This document shows, one piece after another, positions 8,387 through 15,090 of a stretch of DNA of 24,000 bases. A program made the translations under genes and the position numbers. Position 1 is the first letter of the stretch. Every line of letters starts with the position of its first letter. The notes under the pieces were generated by a model. That model made no database searches and was not told the origin of the DNA. It was given only the letters and a program-made list of their open reading frames with translations. Source of the DNA: Bacilli bacterium (GTDB taxonomy: Bacteria; Bacillota_I; Bacilli_A; RFN20; CAG-826); contig JBIIZK010000001.1 of assembly GCA_044346305.1 (NCBI GenBank), positions 15,525-39,524 of the forward strand, written 5' to 3'.

Positions 8387-8464
8387 ATGTTTCTTTACCC
8401 TATCAAAAAGCGTTTATCGTTGTTTGTGTAAACATAAAAGGCCCAAAATATATGTTTCTTTACC
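8387..8464 (+). repeat. 13-nt perfect direct repeat ATGTTTCTTTACC (8387..8399 and 8452..8464) with imperfect extension
   Basis: Read directly. The flanks continue imperfectly (ctatcaaaaag versus aaacacaaag). It lies in the 212-nt non-coding gap that also holds the methyltransferase relic. Confidence 0.6.
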
Positions 8465-8491
8465 AAACACAAAGTTGGATTTAATAGCAAT

Positions 8492-8539
8492 ATGTGGAAA
8501 ACCAAGCACGTGGAGACAGTTGTCCTTCTCGGTTTAAAA
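8492..8539 (+). pseudogene. Relic of the extreme 3' end of a second RumA-family methyltransferase gene
   Basis: Translation of 8492..8539 gives MWKTKHVETVVLLGLK. The C-terminus of the intact gene at 6583..6635 is DMFSQTYHVETVALLSLK. The DNA core cacgt(a/g)gagacagt is shared. No methyltransferase body lies upstream, only stop-riddled sequence. A weaker echo, PKYMFLYQT versus PVDMFSQT, sits at about 8443..8475 in another frame. Confidence 0.45.
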
Positions 8540-8540
8540 A

Positions 8541-9077
8541 ATGAAATCACTAAAAACCCATAAGATTATTCTTAATATCGGTACTTCATTCCTAAGCCTT
8601 GTACTTATCATTCACTATGGTTTTTATGCATTAACCGATGATAAGTATCTAAATTATGAATTGATCAATATTTTTCCTATCGTTCATATGGTCTGGGGTC
8701 TTTGGTTCATCACTTTTTCCTTATTTTTGATTATCATACTGAAGAGAAGTAAATACCTTGTTGTTCCTCTAGTCATCTTTTTTTCTCTTAGTAATCTCTT
8801 GGTAGGCATCCTACGACTTGATCGATATTACGAGTTTATAAGTAATCGTGATCACAAAATCTACGTTGAGCATTATCAGTTTTTGTGGGTAAGATCTTAT
8901 TACTTTTATTATGAGTTGAACTCTTTATATTCTGTTTACATAGGTTATATAAGTGAAGATGAAAATGAATCGTCGTATGAACTTGTAGGTGATCAACTTA
9001 TTTTACGTGAGTTTAATTCGGAACCCTATGAGCTTTATGAAGAAAAAATTATCTATTTGTTGTCATTAAAAGAATGA
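8541..9077 (+). CDS. Hypothetical membrane protein (178 aa, about 3 TM, Tyr/Glu-rich C-terminal tail)
   Basis: Complete ORF with no convincing SD. It is very AT-rich (two hand-counted 60-nt lines give 30-35% GC). No recognised motif. Confidence 0.45.
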   Translation: MKSLKTHKIILNIGTSFLSLVLIIHYGFYALTDDKYLNYELINIFPIVHMVWGLWFITFSLFLIIILKRSKYLVVPLVIFFSLSNLLVGILRLDRYYEFISNRDHKIYVEHYQFLWVRSYYFYYELNSLYSVYIGYISEDENESSYELVGDQLILREFNSEPYELYEEKIIYLLSLKE

Positions 9078-9096
9078 AACCAAAGAGGGTTAACAT

Positions 9097-9486
9097 ATGA
9101 GAAAATCAATTGAAGAATTCAAGGCGTTTATTAATAAGGGCAACGCGGTTGACTTGGCGGTAGGCTTGGTCATGGGGACAGCGTTTAATAACATCATTAA
9201 AAGTTTAGTCACCCATATCATTACCCCTTTTATCTCATTACTTGGGGGAACTTCGCTTGCCCAGTTGTTTATCTTGTTACGAGGTACCGCAACCTATGAC
9301 GAACTGTCAGGAATTTATGTTTTCTCAGAGAACGCGATTGTCTTGGAGTATGGTTTGTTCATTACGAGTGTTGTAGATTTCTTTATCATTGCTATTGCGT
9401 TATTTTTAACCCTAAAACTTCTCGTTTACCTTAATCAATCGGTCAAAAAGGTAAACATCGTTAAAAAAGAAAAAGTGGCTAAATAA
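9097..9486 (+). CDS. mscL: Large-conductance mechanosensitive channel MscL
   Basis: FKAFINKGNAVDLAVGLVMGTAFNNIIKSLVTHIITP is the conserved MscL TM1 region. There is a second TM and a charged C-terminal tail. The length (129 aa) is typical. AGAGGG lies 7 nt upstream. Confidence 0.93.
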   Translation: MRKSIEEFKAFINKGNAVDLAVGLVMGTAFNNIIKSLVTHIITPFISLLGGTSLAQLFILLRGTATYDELSGIYVFSENAIVLEYGLFITSVVDFFIIAIALFLTLKLLVYLNQSVKKVNIVKKEKVAK

Positions 9487-9513
9487 TCTTTTTTGTCTTT
9501 GATTAAATAAAAA

Positions 9514-9536
9514 AAGAGGATGACTACCATCCTCTT
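9514..9536. terminator. Bidirectional intrinsic terminator between convergent mscL and the heliorhodopsin gene
   Basis: 9-bp stem AAGAGGATG / CATCCTCTT with a 5-nt loop. An A7 run upstream becomes a strong U-tract for the minus-strand transcript. The + side tail (ttattg) is weaker. Confidence 0.7.
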
Positions 9537-9559
9537 ATTGTGTGAAATAAAAAAACCGA

Positions 9560-10321
9560 TTAAGCGAGAATGATGCCAAGGAAGACTAACCAGGCTAAGG
9601 TTGATTTTCCAATTAAACTTAACCAAACATAAGACTTTTCACCGTAGATATAATCTTTCCATTTGCCGATACGAGCATATTGCAAGATTTGATTAAAAGC
9701 AAAGAGATTAAAGACTAAGAAGTAGAAGGATAATCCTGGTAAGACAAACCAAGGTAAGAAGGATAAGTCACCAATATTAAGCATGTAGATAACGATAAGA
9801 ACCCAAGGAATTAAACCTGCAATCCAACCAATCCAGTGAGCTGTCCAATCGGTTTTTGTTCTGCTTGGTGGGTTCATTTTTTCCATGAGTAAACCAAGTA
9901 AGTTCATAACTGCGTTAATGCCAAACACACTTAATAAACCTTCGATGGTGGTAATACCAAACATGATGGATAAAAGCACGATCATGATGGATGAAGACAA
10001 TGCATATTCATACCAACGTAATGGGTTAATGCCTTTTTCAACGTTAGCTAAGTATTGTTTCTTAAAAGGAATAGAGATTAAGAAGTGGAAGATGGCACTT
10101 AATAAAATAAAAGAAGCAGCAAGGATGGCAACCGGAAGTTCAAACATCACTTCTGCGGTTGGAGCGTATAAACCTCCTCCAACTGGTCGAAAGAATCGGC
10201 CAACAATTTCTGGCGTAAAATCTCGAAATAAAGGCACGGTCAAGGCGAGAATGAGCAAGGCAATCCCTTGGATAAGGTGAACAACACCCATCTTAAGATT
10301 AAAACTAACTAATTTATTCAT
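9560..10321 (-). CDS. Heliorhodopsin (7-TM retinal-binding protein, inverted topology)
   Basis: 253 aa with 7 hydrophobic helices. Family hallmarks are all present: GVVHLIQ (His15), AIFHFLI (His79), PLRWYEYALSSSIMIVLL (Glu105 counterion, codon 10007..10009), GINAVMNLLGLLMEK, IAGLIPW, and GEKSYVWLSLIGKSTLAWLVF (Ser235 and the Schiff-base Lys239, codon 9605..9607). The TM1-TM2 loop is long (FRPVGGGLYAPTAEVMFELP). The sequence is collinear along its whole length with the 48C12 heliorhodopsin as I recall it. GGAG lies 7 nt upstream of the ATG. Confidence 0.9.
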   Translation of the reverse strand: MNKLVSFNLKMGVVHLIQGIALLILALTVPLFRDFTPEIVGRFFRPVGGGLYAPTAEVMFELPVAILAASFILLSAIFHFLISIPFKKQYLANVEKGINPLRWYEYALSSSIMIVLLSIMFGITTIEGLLSVFGINAVMNLLGLLMEKMNPPSRTKTDWTAHWIGWIAGLIPWVLIVIYMLNIGDLSFLPWFVLPGLSFYFLVFNLFAFNQILQYARIGKWKDYIYGEKSYVWLSLIGKSTLAWLVFLGIILA

Positions 10322-10339
10322 GATAAATCTCCTGAAAGT

Positions 10340-10368
10340 AATATACCATTTTTCTTGAATTGAGTTAA
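10340..10368 (-). promoter_or_regulatory. Candidate dedicated promoter for the heliorhodopsin gene (extended -10)
   Basis: The minus strand reads TTAACT-17 nt-(TGg)TATATT. The -10 is at + coordinates 10340..10345, the TG at 10347..10348 and the -35 at 10363..10368. About 12 nt further on comes AGGAG, then the ATG at 10321. Confidence 0.45.
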
Positions 10369-10383
10369 AGAAAAAACACTCAA

Positions 10384-10400
10384 CGAGTAGGGACTACTCG
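10384..10400 (-). promoter_or_regulatory. Short hairpin spanning the ABC gene stop codon. Possible weak attenuator or terminator
   Basis: CGAGTAG-tcc-CTACTCG on the minus strand (7-bp stem). A T6 run begins only 7 nt after the stem, so this is not a canonical terminator. Read-through into the heliorhodopsin gene is plausible. Confidence 0.3.
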
Positions 10401-12400
10401 ACTCTTGTTTTGATTTGAGAACGATAAATATTGGCGTAAGTTTGGTTGTTATTAATCAATTGAAGATGCGTTCCTTCTTCAACCTTTAGTCCATTTTCTA
10501 ACACAACAATCTTGTCAGCCTTTTTAATGGTAGATAACCGGTGAGCAATGACAATTAAAGTTCTTCCTTTTCTCGCTTTTTCTAATGCAAGTTGAATGCG
10601 TTGTTCGGTTTCCGTATCAATGTTGGCAGTCGCTTCGTCCATGATTAAAATCGCTGGATCATGAACAATGGCTCTAGCAAAGGAAATCATTTGTTTTTCC
10701 CCTACACTTAAATTGGTTCCGTTTCGTGAGACGGGTTGATGGATTCCTTTTTCTAATTTATCTAGTAAAGGACCGCCGCCAATATCACGAAGGATGGTTT
10801 CTGCTTCTGCATCCGTTACTGAACTAATCCCGAAGCGAATATTATCGGCAACCGTTCCTTTAAACATCACAGGATCTTGAATGATGATACCAATATGAGA
10901 ACGGAACGTTCGTTTCGGATATGTGGTGATATCCACGCCATCAACAAAGATTTTCCCCATATCGCCATCTTTAAAATCATAAAACCGTAACAACAAATTG
11001 GTTAATGTGGACTTGCCTGATCCTGTGTGGCCAACCAAACCCACCATTTGCCCAGCCTCAATCTTTAAAGTAATTCCTTTGATAATTGGATGTCCTTTTT
11101 GATACGAAAACCAAACATTATCAAACAAGATATTTCCTTGATAACGAGGAATCTCACTTAAGCGATTGTCTTCTTGTTGACCATCGATGATGGTAAAGAT
11201 GCGTTCGGTTTTGACTAAAGCGTGTTGGAGGTTTCCAATTTCTCTAAACAGTGTCCCAACTGGTTCTACTAAGCGCGATAAATAATCGTTATAAGCATAA
11301 ATGACCCCAGCGGTGATGACCACGCCACTAATGGTGAGGTAACCATAACCAAAGAAGACAACAATCAGTGCGGTTACTAAAGCCCCAACCAAGCGAATCA
11401 TGTTCCACCCTATCGAAAGATGCAGATGTTGTTCTTTCAGGATTTCTTTTTGAGTATCAAAAGACAAACGATCAAATTTATCTTCGATGGTTTTTCTAAA
11501 ATTAAAGATTTGAAGGATGGAAATTCCATTAATAATTTCATTGAGTTGAGCTGTGATCATCGAAGAGTTTTCATTTACTTTCACTGCAAGTTTATTTAAA
11601 CGCTTCACAAAAAAACGCAACCATACGTAAACCAGTGGAAAGAAGACAAAGGTAAAGAAAGCCAAGGTGGCATTTAAATAAAACATCCCGATGTAAGCAA
11701 AGATAACTGCCAAAGAAGCGTTCACCAATAGATTCATGATGGTCGAAAATAAACCCATCATCCCACCAACATCACTGATGACGCGGTTGGCGATTTTCCC
11801 TGATGGTTCGCTTTCAAAGTACGACATCGGCATTCGTTGTAAAGATCGAACCGCATCTTTACGAGCATCTCTCACCATATTCACTGTGATCATCGCTGAA
11901 CTGACACGTTGAATGTAAGTAAAGATGATTTGAAGAATCAATCGAATAAACAACAGCGCAACTAACCAAATCAGAGGATCAACACTGGGTTGATAAAACG
12001 CAAACACTTCATCTCGCGATAACAATGTGACGTCATAGGTAAATACTTGATTTGCTGGTGTGGTGATTGTTAATTGACTTCCGTTCAATGTTTTTTGACC
12101 AATGGCAACGACGTCTTCAGATAAATAATAATTCGTTCCAATCACAACGATAGAAATGGCGTCCCCTGTGGGTTGATCTTGTTGGAAATATCGGCCTTGA
12201 TACTCAACCGCTTCACTCACTTCATTGGTTTGATACCAAGGTCTTTCAATCCCAATCAAATAATCATCCATGATAGATTTAATGAGCAAGGGAGCGAGTA
12301 AACCCAAAACCTGAATCACCAACATCGCTGAGATTGTTAATGTTAACAACCCCTTATATGGAAGGATGTATCGAAATACTTTTTTGATAGTTTTAAACAT
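10394..12400 (-). CDS. ABC exporter half-transporter (TMD-NBD fusion), the consensus-Walker subunit of a heterodimer, with an extracytoplasmic insertion of about 95 aa in loop 1
   Basis: Walker A GHTGSGKST, Q-loop IIQDP, deviant signature LSVGE (10697..10711), Walker B ILIMDEA and H-loop IAHRL. The TMD has six helices. It is 668 aa, against about 580 for typical family members. The extra residues 46-142 fall between TM1 and TM2. Confidence 0.92.
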   Translation of the reverse strand: MFKTIKKVFRYILPYKGLLTLTISAMLVIQVLGLLAPLLIKSIMDDYLIGIERPWYQTNEVSEAVEYQGRYFQQDQPTGDAISIVVIGTNYYLSEDVVAIGQKTLNGSQLTITTPANQVFTYDVTLLSRDEVFAFYQPSVDPLIWLVALLFIRLILQIIFTYIQRVSSAMITVNMVRDARKDAVRSLQRMPMSYFESEPSGKIANRVISDVGGMMGLFSTIMNLLVNASLAVIFAYIGMFYLNATLAFFTFVFFPLVYVWLRFFVKRLNKLAVKVNENSSMITAQLNEIINGISILQIFNFRKTIEDKFDRLSFDTQKEILKEQHLHLSIGWNMIRLVGALVTALIVVFFGYGYLTISGVVITAGVIYAYNDYLSRLVEPVGTLFREIGNLQHALVKTERIFTIIDGQQEDNRLSEIPRYQGNILFDNVWFSYQKGHPIIKGITLKIEAGQMVGLVGHTGSGKSTLTNLLLRFYDFKDGDMGKIFVDGVDITTYPKRTFRSHIGIIIQDPVMFKGTVADNIRFGISSVTDAEAETILRDIGGGPLLDKLEKGIHQPVSRNGTNLSVGEKQMISFARAIVHDPAILIMDEATANIDTETEQRIQLALEKARKGRTLIVIAHRLSTIKKADKIVVLENGLKVEEGTHLQLINNNQTYANIYRSQIKTRVE

Positions 12401-12401
12401 A

Positions 12402-14147
12402 TTAATCTTGACCTTCTAAGCCCGTTAACTGGGTAATGTATTGCCGTTTATACCAACCCTCTTCTCGAATCAAAGATTCATGGGTACCTCGTTGAGTAAT
12501 TTCTCCAGCTTCAAGAACAAGAATTAAGTCTGCTTCTTGAATCGCGGAAAAACGATGGGTGACAATGATGTTCGTTTTATCTTTTCTTAAATCCTTTAAG
12601 TGTTGGATAATCGTTCGTTCGGTTTTCATGTCGACCGCACTTAAGGAGTCATCCAAGATTAGGATTTGTGGATCCTTAATTAATGCTCGGGCAATCGATA
12701 AGCGTTGCTTTTGACCACCAGATAAATTAACACCAGTTTCACCCATCATTGTTTGTAGACCAGATTGTAAGTACGGTAAATCCTTTTCAAAGTCCGCCAT
12801 TTTGACCGCGCTTTTTACCACGTCCACACTTGCGTTTGGATTTCCAATTTTAATGTTTTCATCGACCGGAAGTTTAAATAAGATGTGCGATTGCGGAACG
12901 TAACCAACCAATTGGCGAATATCTTCAATCTTAAAGCGTTCAATCGGTGTGTTGTCGATTAACACAGAGCCTTTTGATACATTGAATTCTCTAAGCAATT
13001 GGCGAATCAAGGTTGATTTACCAGCACCAGTTGGTCCAACCACGCCAATGGTTTGGCCTTTTTGAATAGTGAAGGAAATGTTTTTAATCACCGGTTGTTT
13101 ATCAAATGGATATTGAAAGGTGACACCCTTAAAATCAATGTTCTTAAACCCAATAATCTTTTGTGAACTCGGGGTGTCTTGGACAGTCGGGATATGATTG
13201 AGAACGGTTTCCAAACGATCAACGGCAATCGTTGCCTGATTCAATTGAGCAAAGATGCCAGAAATAGAAATAAATGGACCATAAAGCATCCCAATATAAG
13301 TCACAAAGGTAATCAATCCACCCAAGGTCATGGTTTGTTGGATAATAAAATAAATGCCAAAAGAAAAGGCGAGGGTATAGGCAATACCGTAGATGACTTC
13401 AAAAAGAGGGTTAAACCAGTTTTCAAATTTGACAATGTAACGCCAGGATTCAATGTCATTGTTAATTTCTTGATGTTGTTTCTTTAAATCAATGTCTTCT
13501 TGAACATACGCGCGGATTGCCTTTTGACCTTCGACCGATTCCAACATTTTTTCTGTAAATGCCGCATAAATATCCCGATGTTTTTTAAAGTATTGACGTT
13601 TGCTTTCACGAATTAGATTAAGAATGGTTAACCCTATCGGCATAATCAACACCGAGATGAGAGTGAGTTGCCAACTGATGGTGATCATCATCAAACTTAA
13701 GGTGATCATGATAAAACCAATATTGAAAACAAGTCCTTCAAGTAATCCGGTTGCTGATTGAATGATGGAATCTAAATCACCGGTAACACGAGAAATTAAA
13801 TCCCCCTTGGGATAGGTTTCAAAAAAACTAGAGTCCATGTTAAACAAATGACTTAAGTATCTTTTGCGAAGTGTGTGGGCAAGTTGCTGAGATTTTTTTA
13901 CCGTGGTGTAGTTATAAAGATAACTCAATCCATAACGAACAATAGGAAAGGCAATAAGGGAACCCCCAAGCCACCACAAACTTTCTGTGGTGAGTCCTCC
14001 GGAGATAATGGTGTCAATTGACAACCCTAATAACCAACCAGGGATGAGTGCAAAGACAGCGATACTTACCAACAACACAAACATCAAAAGGTAAGTTTTC
14101 CACTCTTGAATCACATACCAACGAATATGTAAGAATAATTTTTTCAT
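12402..14147 (-). CDS. ABC exporter half-transporter (TMD-NBD fusion), the degenerate-site subunit of a heterodimer
   Basis: Walker A GPTGAGKST, canonical signature LSGGQKQ, and Walker B ILILDD, where Asp500 (codon 12648..12650) replaces the catalytic Glu. H-loop VTHRF. The stop lies 1 nt from the partner's start. Confidence 0.92.
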   Translation of the reverse strand: MKKLFLHIRWYVIQEWKTYLLMFVLLVSIAVFALIPGWLLGLSIDTIISGGLTTESLWWLGGSLIAFPIVRYGLSYLYNYTTVKKSQQLAHTLRKRYLSHLFNMDSSFFETYPKGDLISRVTGDLDSIIQSATGLLEGLVFNIGFIMITLSLMMITISWQLTLISVLIMPIGLTILNLIRESKRQYFKKHRDIYAAFTEKMLESVEGQKAIRAYVQEDIDLKKQHQEINNDIESWRYIVKFENWFNPLFEVIYGIAYTLAFSFGIYFIIQQTMTLGGLITFVTYIGMLYGPFISISGIFAQLNQATIAVDRLETVLNHIPTVQDTPSSQKIIGFKNIDFKGVTFQYPFDKQPVIKNISFTIQKGQTIGVVGPTGAGKSTLIRQLLREFNVSKGSVLIDNTPIERFKIEDIRQLVGYVPQSHILFKLPVDENIKIGNPNASVDVVKSAVKMADFEKDLPYLQSGLQTMMGETGVNLSGGQKQRLSIARALIKDPQILILDDSLSAVDMKTERTIIQHLKDLRKDKTNIIVTHRFSAIQEADLILVLEAGEITQRGTHESLIREEGWYKRQYITQLTGLEGQD

Positions 14148-14215
14148 ACGAGGATATTTAATTGACCAACAGCATTATACAGCAAGAAAAAACCAAAAGA
14201 ATCATGTCAAGGTTA

Positions 14216-14224
14216 TGTTAAAAT
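14216..14224 (+). promoter_or_regulatory. Extended -10 element (TGtTAAAAT) positioned for a leaderless transcript of the MORN-variant gene
   Basis: TGtTAAAAT at 14216..14224, then 9 nt (actttcgat), then the ATG at 14234. No SD lies in between. Confidence 0.4.
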
Positions 14225-14233
14225 ACTTTCGAT

Positions 14234-14494
14234 ATGGTCAAGGCAAAGAAAGCAATCAAAGAAGCTGGTTCTTGGGTGACAAAGTATCACGCCAACGGCA
14301 AGACTGTCTGGTCAAAAGGCCAAATCATTAACGGATTACCGGAAGGTGATTGGCAATGGTTTCGTATTGATGGAACCTTAAAGCGTTCTGGTACTTTTTT
14401 AAAAGGAGAACCGATAGGGACTTGGATTACTTATGATCAATCCGGCAAGCCTTATAAAACCACAAAGAAGGAGATCAACTATGGAAAAAAATAA
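14234..14494 (+). CDS. Small MORN-variant repeat protein (YwqK-like)
   Basis: 86 aa with repeated G-x-W-x-x-(Y/F)-x-x-(N/D)-G units: GSWVTKYHANGKTVWSKGQIINGLPEGDWQWFRIDGTLKRSGTFLKGEPIGTWITYDQSGKP. Confidence 0.65.
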   Translation: MVKAKKAIKEAGSWVTKYHANGKTVWSKGQIINGLPEGDWQWFRIDGTLKRSGTFLKGEPIGTWITYDQSGKPYKTTKKEINYGKK

Positions 14495-15035
14495 AACATT
14501 ATCAAAAGAAGAAATCTTAGTGATTTTAGAAAAGAGATTTGACGCCAATCCGCATCGTCATCGTCAATTGACGTGGCAATCGGTTCTACCAAAATTAAAA
14601 ACCAGTAAAAAAATTGAATCCTTAATTCAAATGGAACTTACCGATGGCGAACCTGATGTGGTTGGCATCGAGGAAGCAACAGGTAAAGTTATGTTCATGG
14701 ATTGTGCGCAACAATCACCCAAAGCAAGACGGAGTGTTTGTTATGATCAAGCAGCGTGGGATTCTCGAAAAGAATTTAAACCAAAAGCAGGCAATGCTGT
14801 CTCCCTTGCAGAAGCGATGGGAACAACCCTTCTCAACGAAGAGCAATACCACTATCTTCAGTCCTTACAAGATGTTGATACAACCACATCGTCATGGGTG
14901 TTAACCCCAAAGAAAATTCGTAGTTTAGGTGGAGCTTTATTTGGAGACAAACGTTTTGATCGAGCTTTCATCTTCCATAACGGCGCAGAATCTTATTACG
15001 GTGAACGTGGATTTCGTACTGTTCTCTTTATCTAA
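14481..15035 (+). CDS. DUF4256-family protein
   Basis: Track ORF 14433..15035, trimmed to the ATG at 14481, with GAAGGAG at 14466..14472. MELTDGEPDVVG, MDCAQQSPKARRSVCYD, TTSSWVLTPKKIRSLGGALFGD and FHNGAESYYGERGFR match the DUF4256 pattern as I remember it. It overlaps the upstream gene by 14 nt. Confidence 0.75.
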   Translation: MEKNKTLSKEEILVILEKRFDANPHRHRQLTWQSVLPKLKTSKKIESLIQMELTDGEPDVVGIEEATGKVMFMDCAQQSPKARRSVCYDQAAWDSRKEFKPKAGNAVSLAEAMGTTLLNEEQYHYLQSLQDVDTTTSSWVLTPKKIRSLGGALFGDKRFDRAFIFHNGAESYYGERGFRTVLFI

Positions 15036-15050
15036 AAAACATAACAAAGA

Positions 15051-15077
15051 AAAAGGATTTGCATCGCAAATCCTTTT
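15051..15077. terminator. Bidirectional intrinsic terminator between the convergent DUF4256 and DUF975 genes
   Basis: AAAAGGATTTGC-atc-GCAAATCCTTTT is a 12-bp perfect stem. A/T runs flank it on both sides. Confidence 0.75.
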
Positions 15078-15090
15078 CAATTGTAAGAAA

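Noticed and set aside
8350-8487. 45-codon ORF (MNFLLKGRIRVKDVSLPYQKAFIVVCVNIKGPKYMFLYQTQSWI) in the 8329..8540 gap
   Set aside because: It has no SD. It contains both copies of the 13-nt direct repeat and looks like decayed sequence. I treat it as part of the methyltransferase relic region rather than a gene.
9435-9626. Track ORF (63 aa, minus strand)
   Set aside because: It spans the mscL 3' end, the terminator hairpin and the heliorhodopsin 3' end in the wrong frame.
9885-10280. Track ORF (131 aa, plus strand) antisense to the heliorhodopsin gene
   Set aside because: It is a shadow ORF of a strongly supported CDS. The Lys/Arg-rich translation is typical of antisense reading, and there are no start signals.
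13179-13487. Track ORF (102 aa, plus strand)
   Set aside because: It is antisense within the ABC subunit gene.
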